Part shown: in pieces, positions 23,469 to 37,470 of the stretch
Numbering within the stretch: position 1 is the stretch's first letter
How the letters are laid out: every line of letters begins with the position of its first letter
Assembly (NCBI GenBank): GCA_028023455.1
Contig: JAQFVV010000005.1
Location: forward strand, 9,052,001 to 9,116,000
Reading direction: 5' to 3'
DNA: 64,000 nt
Source of the DNA: Epiperipatus broadwayi
Taxonomy: Eukaryota > Animalia > Onychophora
Notes under the pieces: model-generated
What the model was told of the DNA's origin: nothing
Database searches by the model: none
Seen by the model: only the letters and a program-made list of their open reading frames with translations
Translations under genes and position numbers: made by a program

Positions 23469-26400
23469 AAATGGACCAAAATAGAGAGTTGTCTCCACTA
23501 TGGTATAAGAAAAAGCAAAGAAGATTCACAGGCAACATGAAGGTGATATGCCAACAGGAAGTAGTTTTAATCTAATGAGAGAATTGTCAGCAGTCATCAT
23601 CCCCAGGTGAAAATTTCACAAACAGGCAGATCACCAGAAAAGAGATGGTAAATGAAGAACTTGGTATGACTAGTAACAAGATTGGTTGAGATTTCCATCC
23701 CCAGGACTATCAACTAGATATAAAAAAATGATAATTACTAGCCATTTTCATATAGCTTTAATAAGTACAATTTTGGATTTGCCCCTTGGACTTTTTGATA
23801 ATAGATTACAAAGAAAAAAGAATAGCCATTTTCAAATAGCTTTAATAAGTACAATTTTGGATTTGCCCCTTGGACTTTTTGATAATAGATTACAAAGAAA
23901 AAAGAATAAATAATATATAAGCATATAATAATTGCCAAATAAACATGATTATAGAGGCTAAGTATTTTAATTGCAGAATAGCCCAGAGTAGTCTCGTTAT
24001 ACCTAACTTGTAAGATCATCAAACATAGTGAGTGTAACAAAACCAGCCAATTTAGCCCTATTTTGATTCTCCATCTGATCAGGGTGGTATTATACTGTTA
24101 ACATGGCTCAATGTGCATTTTCAGACAGGGAATTGGAGATTGTTGAAAGAAACAAAAATATGTATAGAATAATGAATGTAAATACCAATCAATATATTTT
24201 ATTAATAATTATGAAATCTATTGTTTTGCCCACCCAGAAAAAAAAAGTGTAAAATTAAAAGATATAGATTAAAATCAATCTAATTACCAACAATTAGTAA
24301 AAAGGAATGTCTTAATGGTCAAGACATTTTTTTTTAAATTAAAAACAGCCAATGAGAATGTGGAATCATAATAAAAGGTAATTAGAAAAATTTAATTTCA
24401 ATTGTGTAGAGAAAAAATATATAAATAAGTTGTTTTTATATTGAATATTTTTTGTTTATAAAGTTTACATTTTATTCTGCTGTTAAGAGTATGTTATTGT
24501 ACAGTCAGAAATATCTGTTCATGTTGTAAATTATTTAAAAATAAATTAAAAGAAAATATATCTTAGAATAACAATTGCCTGAGATTGAATAGCATAAGAA
24601 TAAAGAAAGAAAAGGTGCATGCATAGGAGAATGACAGGAGAGGATTTATAAAGTGATCCTCAGACTTTTAAAGCAGTTGTATTTATTTTTTATGTAAGTA
24701 GATAAAAATGCATAGAAAAGCCACTAGAAGAATTTCACTGCTGTGTTACCTGAGACCAAAATGTTTTACCATGTGGAAGCTCCTATCTACATTGGAGGAA
24801 TGAGCCAGGTATGTGGTAAGATCCCATATATGTCTTGTAGTGCCTTTTTCTGAACTCTACTGCGGAAATGATACTGTCCAGTTGCTATGCATATATTACA
24901 CAGTGTCCAAACAACCGTATAGCCAAACTAATCCCTGAAACAACTGGATGGCATAATGGTAAAGATTCAGTCTTAAAATCCATGACCGTGGTAACAATTC
25001 AAACAGCTATATAATAAGAAAAATTCATGGTAAGATCTAAGCAATATATAATTGAAAAAGCTTTTTCCTTCATTGTTCATAAAATATATAAACCTTAAAT
25101 GAACAAAATAGATTTTGATAATGAACTGTCTTAAAGAACTATATTATTTAACTAATATAAGTAATATATTTTGTACATATATTCGTACTAAATTATGCTA
25201 GTAATTGCATGAATAATAATATAGAGTGAGAAGGTGTGACAAATGGTACTAAATTATGCTAGTAATTGCATGAATAATAATATAGAGTGAGAAGGTGTGA
25301 CAAATGGTTATATGTTTCCACAAGTAGGTAGCCATTTGTAACAGTACACAAGATATTACAGCTGAAATATGAAATAGAAAACCACCATTCTCACATTTAA
25401 TAAATCATTACAGATTGGCATGAGAGACTAAATCAAATGTAAAAGGAATGAGCATAAGAGATCAACAAAAACAAACTATAAGTTCACCCCACGCTAAACA
25501 AAAGTAATCAAATTATTCATCATGAAAAATCAAAGAACAGTCAAAAAAATCAATATAAAACCACTAGTCAATCTTCTGACTGAATTTGAAATGGGTCCAT
25601 GATAATCAGGCTATTTATCTAGCCACTTCCAAACTTGGGGTAGATTATATAAACAATAATTTGGATGCACAGACAAATGTTAATCCATCAGAATATTTAA
25701 AAAAATCAAATAATGCAGAGATACTAAAACATACTGATCATCATCAGTATCTTGACCATATGCTACCATTAATATAATGGCTAAAAACTTAATTTCTAAT
25801 AAAAATAAAATATAAAAATATAGTTCATGGACTTTAAAGGTTTCCAGGATTATCATCTGATATCCAAAAGTCCAACATAACCCCAACATCTATATAATTA
25901 AGTGTTATGCTTTAATCTGGCTCAGGAAGCAAGAACTCTGAACTGTTACTGTTAGCAAGAGGAATAAATATAGCTTATTCTAAATTTTAACTAATTTATA
26001 GATTTACTCAATTATAATTAAATAACTTTAAAAATCCCTACAACACTAAGCTGTTATGGAAATCAAGTCACATACATTGCCAATTCATGAAACAGCTGGA
26101 GGAAGAAAGACATTTACACTAAAAATGTTTGAAAACAATTATTTAATAACTGACAAATAAAAATGACAAAAATTTTAACATTTTATCAAAACATAATTTG
26201 ATAAAAATTATATTAGCCAGTTGATTTCTGTTGATTAAATTTATTAACTTTTAATTCCTTAAGTTATTTCTTTGGATAACCAAAAATGGGAAAAAAACAT
26301 TTTTAAAATTAGCTTAACTAATCCTGTGTTGAATTTTGGAGACAAATTTAAAAAATGTTCAAAAAAAGAAACATTTTAAAAAATTACATTTTCCAAAAAA

Positions 26401-29400
26401 TTCTTCCATAATTTTGAAGAGAAAAATTGAATGGATTTAAAAAAACATGTTTCACAAGACAATATTAATGAAATTATTCAAAATTATCAATTATTACCTT
26501 TATAAAATTATTACTATTACTAAAAAAAAAAACCTTTTTTTAACAAAAATGAGAATACAATGTGCACTTAAAAATACTTTTAACTATGGTTTTAAATTTC
26601 TTTGCAGTTATAATTTTTCAGTTTCCATGTTGGTTTTCTTTTAGAAGGCTTCGACACCATGTACATGGTTATTTTGTTCCTTTTTGGTATGCAGTATTTT
26701 CAGGTTAACAGTAAAATTTATCCATCTTTTAAATAAATTTTCCAGGTCAGACAGAGATATTCATGCTCTTGGTTGGAGACAAGATTGCAGATTACATTAG
26801 GAACATTTCTCTACATTTTATTCCAGTGAAACAGGTTATATGGAGGACGAATGTCTAAATTTTAGCTACATTAGCACATGGTTGTTTTCATTTTAGAAAA
26901 CATTTTTATAACTAATAATGTGCTAACAGCTTATTTAACTTCTTCTGATCTATGCAACATCCTGGTAAAGACTTCTTTTCTTTAGCAGTTAAGTCAGGAA
27001 TTTTTTTTCTCCTGTTTTCTTTAGCAGCTGGCTCGGGAGTGAATGCTTATCACAAGGCACTCGGGTCAACTGAGCATCTTCAAGCCAATCACAATGTCTC
27101 CAACATGGTACAATAACAAATTAGGTCATTTTTTACAAATACAATGATGGTTCAGCTATTTTCCTCTTTCATTGCCATTGGAAAACAAATCAAAAACTTA
27201 AATTGAGAATCAATATTTTTGATATTTATTTTTAATTAAAAAATTTATTACAAAATTGAAAGTAAGATAATTTAATTACACTGATTTGATAATCACTGCC
27301 AGTTGTATTGAAGAGAGATAAAGGAAAGGAAAAAAAACTAATTATTCAACAAAATGATAACCTTTTTATTTATTTTTAAAACTTTATTTATTTATTGCTG
27401 TTAAAGTTAGAATTAAAATGTATAAAGTAATTCACCAAAGAATAAAATTTATTCTTTTAATACATTTTCAAAGTTAAAAATTAAAACCAGTAATTAATTA
27501 TAGTTACTGAAGATAGAACAAAAAAAATTGTTTATCTGATTTTATACTTTCTCTTTTACAAACATTTATACTACTTATTCAAATATATTATTATTTCAAA
27601 ATTTAATGTTTGAGAATTCCTATTTTATACATAAAAATATTTAAATTAAATAAAGACCCATTATTATATTTAATACAGCATATAGCATAATAGCTACATT
27701 ACCTCTTTCTATTATGGGGAATGAAATTGAGTTGAACTTCCTTTTTTGACACTTTAGTTTAATTTAACCAATTTCATTTCTCAATAAAAAGAAAATGTAA
27801 GATTAGTTGCTTTCAATAAGCTAAAATATTCCAGTAGTTTTTTTTTCTTTCAGTTGGACTGGTGATTTTTTTTCTGGACTATTATTAATCTTCTTATCCA
27901 GGCCTCATCTTTTGAATTATCTTTAGTCTTTCTTCCAACAGTTCTATTCTTTATATTACCTTTATCTCTCATTTTTAGAAATCCTTTATTTTGAAAGTTG
28001 GCAGAGTCAAAATATCCACTTCTTAATTTTTCATGGAGTTGTTGCATTAACATTTCTACTATTAGATCAATGCATCTTGTCATTATATGTAATAATCTGA
28101 TTTACCTTATTTCATAGGCTATACTTAATAAAAAATTTTATTGAAGCATTTAACAAAAACAATAGTTGATATTTTCCTCGAAACAACAGAATATGTCTGG
28201 TATCTATTTTGTATATCTGATGATACTTTATCCTCTACTTTTTTATTACTTGTAGTTTTTGGACCATCATTTCAGTTTACATTTTTGAATCTTATTATTT
28301 ATTATTTCCATAGAATTTTGTGCATTTCCAGTATTTTTCACCCATTCTTTTGGTACCCTTATCTTTTGGTCTGATATTTCTGGTTCATCTATAATGTGGA
28401 CTATTCATGCACATAATCTAGAACATCTGTTTTCTTATCGTCATCTTTCTTATTTTCATCTAAATGATCTTTCATATCAAAGATATCAACATCATTACTA
28501 GTGGTTTCAACATCCATGTTATATTCATTTGTAGAATATTCATCACTATTTTCATATTTCTCTCATTTATTTGGATTATATTATTACTATCTTCCTGAAA
28601 ATGTTGGCTCATTTTTATTACTAATTTTCTTTACGATTTGATCAGTTCATTGTACTGTTTCATTAGTCATTTTTTATTGCATTCATTTATTTTCTGTAGC
28701 AGCATTTGAAATTCATCTGTTCTCTTTCTACTTTGTGTTTCATTTTATTATCCTTTTCACTTTGTTCATCTTTCTTTTGCTATTTGTTCAACTCTTTATT
28801 ATTCTATTCTCTTTGCTGATTACTTTTTTTTCCATTCTTATAACCATTTGGCTAACATGGAAGTGTTTTCTGTTCTGTGGGCAACATCATTTGAGTGCCA
28901 ATTTTTTTTCTTTCTGATCATGTTCTTCCTCGATTTTTTTTCTTGTGAGTATATACATTTCTATTATAGAACTTTTAATCTTAAAAAAAAATTATTTTTA
29001 TGCACATGAAATACAAATATGAATCTTAAAAAATATCTCATAAAATAAGGTTGACATCACATCCCTGTTTATGCAATCTTATTTTAGCTCACCTAACACT
29101 ACTTCTATATTATTTTTACCCTAATCTGCCTTTCATTGACCCTTAATGTCTCAATTACCTGTCTTTATCATGTAATTTAATTTATCCTGCTTTATTCTCC
29201 AATTCTATCCTGTTCATATATGTGTGACTGATTTCTTATTCACCATTATTTTTATTATTATTTTATGTACAAGTATACACAAAAATGAGTTCATGTAACA
29301 AACTATTTATCAAAATCTTTCTTAGAGATCTGATGAGAATACCTGTAATCCTAGGATAGATAATTTCAGCCACTAGGCTATAAGTTCACAATGCAGAATG

Positions 29401-29944
29401 AACACCAGGTCTATCTCAATTTAGATACTATAAACTACCTACAACCCAAATAAAAATAATCAAAAATCTTTGCAAAGTCCTCCTTTCTTTGGAGATTTAG
29501 AGGTTGGATATCATGGCAACACTATGTTAACTGAACCGTAATAAACAATAGGAAAATCTGAAAATGAGTTGCAATTCCTGATATAGAACACTCCATGGAG
29601 TTGCATGAAAACATTGCATTCTCAAGCCAACAACAAAACTATCCATCATCAAAACTGAAAGTACAACTAAACAAACTCCCAACAGTCAAAAACTCAATCC
29701 CAATTTCTAAAAATCATACTTTGATTTTCTATTCAATGTTAAATATGAACTTCATAAATGTACATCAATAATACTATTTTATAATTTATAATCAAATTGT
29801 AACTTAATCATCATCTATACTCTTGTCACATTTCACAGTAATACATTTTAAAATTAATTCTGCATCAAAATAGTTTTCTTCTTCAGGTGTAATTTCTAAG
29901 ATTCAAGTTATCTGGCTATTGACCATTATCAGACCTTGATCATT

Positions 29945-31035
29945 AGTCCCACAGTTGGGTACCATTTATAACAGTATGGAATGAGAAGCAGTAAACAGAG
30001 AATATGGGTTTACATAGTTCCACAATTGGGTAGCCATTTGTTATGGTACACAACAATAAAACTGGATTATGAGATGTGAAACCACCATCATCCCCATGCT
30101 TAAAAAAATCACCACTGATTGGCATGAGAGACTAAATCTTTAAATATAAAAGGAATGAGCATGAGAGATCAGCAAGAAATAAGACTAACTGCAGGTTCAT
30201 CCTGCAGTAAACAAAAATAATAATATCATTCATCATTATGAATAATCGACAACATATAATCAACCTTGTGATTGAAATTGGAAGGAATCCACAATAGGCA
30301 AGCTAAAAGGACTGAAATATAACACAATTATCTTGATGCACAAACTTAAGTGCTAATCCATCCGAATATTTTTTAAAAATCCAAATAATGATGTGATACT
30401 GAAACATGCTGATCATCATCAGTGCACTAATTGTCCTATATGACCAGGGCATTGATGATGATCAGCATGTTTTAGTATCTCAGCATTATTTGATTTGTGT
30501 AAATATTCTAATGGATTAGCACTTATTATATACATGTATTTATGTTATATTTCTGCCCTAAATTTGGCACTGGTTAGAAAATTAGCCTGTCTATAGTGGA
30601 CTCCTTTCAAATCCAGTCACAAGTATAAATAATTTAACATTTAAATTAACCTGTTTAGTAATTTATTGTCTATTTAGAAGATAAAATTTGTCTCTTTTTT
30701 TTAAAAAAAACTAACAGTTAAATCCGTTTGCAATTTCAATTTGTTGATTGTTCATAATGATGAATAATTTTATTATTTTTGTTTAATGCTGGGTGAATTT
30801 GTAGTTAGCCTTATTTTTTGCTGATCTCTCCTGCTCATTCCTTTACATTTGATGATTTAATCTTTCATGCCAGTCAGTGACAATTTATTAAATATGGGGA
30901 TGAAGATGGGGTCCTATCTCATAATAATTCAGCCCTACTATGTTATGTACCATTACAAGTGGCTACCTAATTGTGGAACCATATAACCCCATATCCTCAC
31001 TATGTTTACCCCTTTTCATGCCATACTATTATAAT
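29945..31035. repeat. Inverted pair of repeat F (another copy at ~25265-25850)
   Basis: 30345-30422 is the reverse complement of 30452-30530, and ~29975-30290 is the reverse complement of ~30725-31035. Confidence 0.7.
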
Positions 31036-31504
31036 ATATATGTAGGTGGAGGTGAATAGATTATAATTTTGTTATTTTGTTGTTTATTAAGAATTCAGAA
31101 ATATTTGTAATTCTTTATTTATGTATAGGAATGAATGTTAATATACTTTAGTAGCTTGTGATATTTAGATAGGGAAAAGATTCCCCAAAAAGAAATTACA
31201 AATTAGTTAACTAAAACTGAATAGTGCATTTAGTGGAGCCATTCACTGATGCTGGTGCTTAAAAAAATAAAAGCTGCCTCAGATTTAAAAGGTGATACTA
31301 GACATAATAATAATAAATTTGCCTTTTTAGAACAATCATCTGCAGTTTGAATGACCAGGAAAGATAATCATGACTTCCAATTAATTTATTAACTTGTTAT
31401 TGTATGAGGTTACGATATGGTCAGTCTAAAAGTTATTAATTTTTAAATATATATTTTTAGGATAAGAAAAAATAAATATATACATGTGACTATATGTGTA
31501 TAGT

Positions 31505-32890
31505 TGATATAATGAACCGTATTAAAATATGTATAGTCCAAGAGTGTTTTGGCATTTGTAATATTTAAAAAAAAACTAATAAAGGTAAAATTTAAAGATC
31601 ATTCAAATGATGCAATTTCATCTCTTTTTTTAGTTAGTATAATTTATTTATTTTTAAATACGTACAATGAAGATTATTTGCGTGTGTTATTATCTATTAA
31701 ATTATTGCAAAATTGAAGTTGGAAGAAATGTAGGCACATGCAGATTAGTAATCCAGGTATAAAAAAAGAAATTGTAAACGTAAATGATTACGATCAGAAT
31801 TCTAATTAAAGATGGCGGAATCTTTGTATCTCAAAAATAAGAAAGACTGTACAAGATTATTAATTTGTATTCTGATTAAAAAACAAGATAAAAAGATGTG
31901 CAGAAATCTAAAAACTGGTGGCAGAGGATAAAAACCAACTAACTTTGAGCTGCTAAGTCTTGTCTTGCGCTGGCAGTTTCCATGGGTCTGGGATGCAGAA
32001 AGTATCCCAGACTACTCTGCTGAACTGAGTTATGCAGAATGGAACTGGAGCATTTGTGGATTTCTTTCATCATGAAGAGATCACTCCAAAAATACCTTTG
32101 AGTCCAGCCTTAAAGCTGACCAGGAATAAAAAAAATGCCAGCAGGGGAAATCAATTAACTTCCAATGAGCTTGGGATCCCAAGAAATACATGTATGCTAC
32201 AAGAAGCTACACAAACTTACCAGTAAGCTAATATCTATTCATACTCGATTTATGACTGAATTAAAAGTTTGCAAACTAACTTTAACTATGAATCTTCTAT
32301 TACCAAAATGGACATTAGCCCAGAAGAAACTTAAGTATAACATGAACTCTTTATTTGATTAATATTATTTGGATTAGCATCTGTGTATTCTTTGTAATTT
32401 ATTAATAATTCTCTTTTAAATATAATTTGTTATAATAAAATATTTATCTTTAATAACAACTTTCATTATATGTTATTAATTTTAAGTTTGCTAGAAATTA
32501 TTATCATAAAAGATTGTTTTTAGAAATGGATAATTACCTATGCCAACATGTTTGTTTTAATCTACAAATTCTGGAGGAAATTCTTAAAATTAAGTGACCA
32601 GAAAACTAAATCATGATCTTATTCTAGTTATTTACTGCAAAAATACATGATACAATGTGGTGGAATTTAGTAGGTTAAAACCTGGCACCCTTGCAAATAA
32701 AAAACTGATTCCGCTGGCAATGCAAATCATAATAAATAGTAGGTCAATTAATCAGGAAATATAGTTTTGTTCTTGAGATATCTAAACCTATACATAGAAT
32801 GAAGATTCTTCTTTTTCATAGCTTGATTAACTTGCACTTTGTAGTATGTAAAATAAAGGCCTAAATCCAACCGTGAACAGTACAATGGCA
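31505..32890 (+). repeat. Interspersed repeat D, copy 1 (~1.4 kb; copy 2 at ~33480-36515, interrupted by piggyBac)
   Basis: Colinear similarity with 33480-34089 plus 35746-36515. Contains the hairpin TCTGGGAT-GCAGAAAGT-ATCCCAGA. Confidence 0.75.
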
Positions 32891-34089
32891 TCCCAACACG
32901 AGGCTTCAGAAAAAACCATTCAGAGATAAGTAGTAATTGTAAAAAAACAAAAAAAAATAACCCTGAGTATACATCTTTAAAAAAAAAATTAATATGTAAA
33001 AAAACATGATCGCGGCTGATGTAGTAGGCAGATACCAAAGAGGGTAACAATCATAGCCCCAAGTCCTTATATGCCAGTATATAACATACGACTGTCCTTA
33101 AATGCTCGTCATAGGACTGTCCTTAAATGCCCGTCAGTCTTATAAGAACAGGATCCCATAAAATGGGAGATGGATCAAATTGCTATGAGCCTATAAATCT
33201 CAAAAGGATAAGCAATGCTCTAATGTGGCTAGACTTGGGCTTCTTATCATTAGTCTTACATGCATGCAGAAAGGATACAGGTGAATGTGGAAATACTCTT
33301 CATTCCTGCCATGTTAGGTCCTAAAATGTGATTTTTAAAGTCACATACCACTTGTGAATAGTCTATAGATATATACCAGCAATGCTAATATATAAAATAA
33401 AATTTAAAAAAACTTATACTTGAAACGTTTTAAGAATGAAATAAGTTCAAACCCATATTTCATTCTTATTTGCTGGCTCAGTAGTAATGAACCATATTAA
33501 AATATGGATGGTTCATAAGTGTTTTGGCATTTGTAATATTTAAAAAAAAAAAAAGTAAAATTTAAAGATCATTCAAATGACACAATTTAATTTTTTTTAG
33601 AGTTAGTATAATTTATTTATTTTTAAGTATGTACAATGAAGATTATTTGCATGTGTTGTTACCTATTTAATTAATGCAAAATTGAAGTTGGAAGGAATGT
33701 ACGCACATGCAGATTACTAATCCAGATTAAAAAAAGAAATTGTAAACATAAATGATTATGATCAGAATGCTAATTAAAGATGGTGGAAATAAGTTATAAA
33801 AAATAGACTTTGTACCTCAAAAATAAAAAAGAATATAAAAGATTATTAACTTATATTCTGATAAAAAAAAAAGATGTGCAGAAATCTAAAAACTGGTGGT
33901 GAGTATAAAAACCAAATAACTTCGATCAGTTAGGTGTCTTTTGCTGGCAGTTTCTGTGGATCAGGGATGTAGAAAATATCCCAGACTACTCTATGCTGAA
34001 CTAGTTATGTGGGAGTGGAATCTGAGCATTTGCAGACAACTTTCATCACGAAGAGATCACTCCAAAAATGTCTTTGAGTCCAACCTTAA

Positions 34090-35745
34090 TGAGTTGAATA
34101 TTTACAGCGGCAATACAGCGCCGTGGTGGCACTTCATTGAAATTTTGTGTTCTTTTTAAAATTATGTGAAAACTACAAGCATGACATCAACAGAAATCCC
34201 AGTATTCATTGCATTTTTCAATTTTGTTTCTAATGATGTTCATTACGTTAAAATCTGACAAAAATTGGATTTTTTTTTTGAATATTTTTATGAATAGGTT
34301 AATTTAATTTTTTTCTCAGTTTACTGATTTTTATGGAGAAGATAAAGGCAGAAATTTTTTAAATAGCCAAAGAGTGTACTATAATGGATTAAAAATATGG
34401 TGATAATTCACATTTCAAGGACTTCAAAATGTAATTATTTTTTAATTATTTGAATAGTACGTTTTTAAAAATTATTTGATAAATGGTATGTTTGCATTTG
34501 TATTAGTGTCTGTGTAGTATATATTATATATCATTTATGCTCTTTATTATACGTAAATAAATTTAAACATTTGTATTCAAATACAACAAAAATAGTTTGT
34601 GTAATTTTGGGGCTATTATCTAAGTTTAGGCAATATTATTTTCTAGACATTCTTATTTTCTTTAGACAATCTTATTTTCTCAAAAGGTTTAAAATTTATA
34701 CTATGTTTATTTTACTATATTTATTACTATGTTTATATATTACTGTCTTTAGGTTTGCAATAGCAGGTTTGTGTTATATAACAAGTAATGTCTATATATA
34801 TAAAATTAAGGTATTATAGAGCAGTACAATGTAAATTTTAGGACTGATTATCAAATATACAGAAATTTTGCAGTTGACAAAGCAATCACAAAATTTACTG
34901 GATATAGTACTATGTGAAATTTATAAACACTTAAAACCAACAAAGAGAGATTTCAAATGGTATATGTGTGGAGATAACCACAATAGTTTTGTATATACCA
35001 CGAGGCAAAGAATCAAATTATGATTCTTGCCCATGCCTTGGTACTCTTGCTGTGGAGTCAGTAGTTTTACCACATCTTTCATCACATTATTTTCAATTCT
35101 ATAGCTAGCAAATGAGGTATATGGAAATAAATTATATCTCTGTGGGATAATAAATATAATAAGATGAAACTCATTTTATCAGTGATACAAACAGTAACCT
35201 AAAATTTCTAGTTTTAGACAGACAAGAAACCAATTGCTATGATGACAAATGCATATCCATCTTCTGGAAATGATTTGTTTTGTATCTTTTATTAGGATGA
35301 ATCGTTTTCTTATAGACGCCTTTGAGATTTGGTAACTTTTGGGGTACAAGATAAAAATGAAGAATTCATATGCGACTTATTTTGGAAATTCTGAAGCTAT
35401 GGATTATCTCAGGTGAGAAGTATTATATATGGTTTGAAAGATAATTTTGTGATGAATACAAAGGAATTATCAATGAAGATATAATTTAAACTTCGTTAAT
35501 GTTAAATCAGAAATTATGAACAAACCATAAAGTAATAATTATGTCAGATGTTGAAATTTCTTTTTTCCTTATTTTTTAAATGGGTATCATTATTTATCTT
35601 GGCCTTATTGTTTTCCCTAGTTTTTCTAGTTTCTATCAATGTAAAGCTTTTTTCTCGAACATTATTAAAACTGAAGTTATTGTGAAAATTGTGTCTCAAG
35701 CCAGTTTTTTAATAATTCAGTATGGCGGCCTGGACATTAAACAAG
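34090..35745 (+). mobile_element. piggyBac DNA transposon fossil with TTAA TSD
   Basis: TTAA at 34086-34089 and 35746-35749. The empty site in D copy 1 reads GAGTCCAGCC-TTAA-AGCTGACCAGG. Internal fragments read FAVDKAITKFTG and KPTKRDFKWY (~34860-34990), resembling PGBD DDD transposases. Confidence 0.8.
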
Positions 35746-36937
35746 TTAAAGTGGACCAGGAATAAAAAAATGCCAGCAGGAGAAATCATTTAACTGTCAA
35801 TGAGCTCAGGATCCCAAGAAATGCATGTATACTTCAAGAATCTACATAAACTTACCAGTAAGATATCTATTCATACCCAATTTGTGACTGAATTAAAAGT
35901 TTACAAACTAACTTTAACTATGCAGGTTCTATTACCAAAATAGACATTAGCCTAGAAGAAACCAGTATAACATTAACTCTTTATTTGATTAATATTATTT
36001 TGGTTAACATCTGAGCATTCTTTCCAGCTTATTAATAATTCTCTTTTAAATATAATTTGTTGTAGTAAAATATTTATCTTTAATAACAACTTTCATTATA
36101 CGTTATTAATTTTAAGTTTGCTAGATTTTATTATCATAAAAGTTTGTTTTTAGAAATGGATAATTACTTATGCTAACATGTTTGTTTTAATCTGTGAATG
36201 CTGGATAAAATTCTTAAATATTAAATGACCAGAAAACTAAATCATGATCTTATTCTATTTATTTACTGCTAAAATACATGATGCAATGTGGTGGAATTTA
36301 GTAGGTTAATAATTCTGACTCCCTTTCAAATAAATAAAAAACTGATTCCGCTGGTAATGCAAATTGTAATAAGTAGTAGGTTAGTTAATCAGGAAATATA
36401 GCTTTGTCCTTGAGATATCTAAACTTATACACAAAATGAAGATTCTTCTTTTTCATAGCTTGATTAATTTGATCTTTGTAGTGTGTAAAATAAAGGCTTA
36501 AATCCAGCTGTGAATGGTATCATATATAGGTTAATATCCTGTTAAACACGGGCAGTATAGTGTAAAATAAACCAATCCAGTTTGTTTATATTCAATCCAT
36601 GGATTGATTTTGTAATTTAATTTTGTATGGAGTTGCATTTTTCCTTATTGCTAATTTAATTTCTTATAGATTGCTTATGATGATTACACTCACTGAATAT
36701 ATTTGTCTTGTAATTATTTTGTATTGTTTGATTGCTTAATATGTTAATTTCATGTTTTTCAACTATCTTTAGTTTGTTTTTGTTTTTACAAAATATGTGA
36801 AACTTTTAGGTTATTTTTTTATTTCCTTGATTTTTATTTATGTGGATGGTATTTCCAATTTGTAGTAGTAAAGCATAGCTTGTCCTAGTGTTTTCCTGGA
36901 AGTTTGTGATAATGGTATTTTAGTAGTATTTATATAT

Positions 36938-37470
36938 TGGACTATTTCCACAATTAATATAAGTACCAAATGTCTTTAGAGAAATTTAACTTTATTTAAA
37001 TATTCCAAATACTTTCAACTGTTAGTAATAGCACACAAGTTAGTATATACACAATGGTTCGAGAGATATTATTCTACCCTCTTCTTCAGGTGTTGTTGGC
37101 CTGACCAGTGGCAGTACTAGCATAAGAATTGAATCTGGACCTTAGATTTTTCAATATTGAATTTTAAGGTAATGCTTTAACCAACTGAGCAGGATGGCGC
37201 AGTTTGTTAGAGTGATATTTAAAATTTTAGAATCTGCTCAGTTGCTTTAAAATTCAATATTCCAATAATCTAAGGATCCAGATTCGATTCTCATGCTAGT
37301 ACTATCACTCTTCAAGTCAACACCACCTGAAGAAGAGGGGAGAATAATACCTCTAGAAATATTTGGCATATACTGAACTGTGTGCTATTACTAACAGTTG
37401 AATATATTTAAATAAAGTTAAATTTCTCTAAAGACATTCATTACTTATATTAGATGATGGAAATGGTCCA
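36938..37470. mobile_element. Divergent inverted pair of tRNA-headed SINE-like repeats, each ending in a decayed hammerhead motif
   Basis: The left copy (minus, ~36938-37195) has A-box GCTCAGTTGG, B-box-like GATTCAATTC, then CTGAAGA-A-GAGGG...CTCTC-GAAC. The right copy (plus, ~37234-37470) has B-box GATTCGATTC and CTGAAGA (37327) ... GAAA (37356). Confidence 0.62.

Noticed and set aside
26550-27150. Possible piggyBac C-terminal remnant on the minus strand
   Set aside because: Only vague Cys/Lys-rich similarity, with no catalytic motif or TTAA boundaries found.
30400-30480. CTGATGATGATC in repeat F as a hammerhead core
   Set aside because: None of the three copies has GAAA after the putative stem II.
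33990-34070. Hammerhead-like TGATGA within a hairpin of repeat D (minus strand)
   Set aside because: C3 is absent, stem I is not adjacent to the core, and GAAA is corrupted in both copies.
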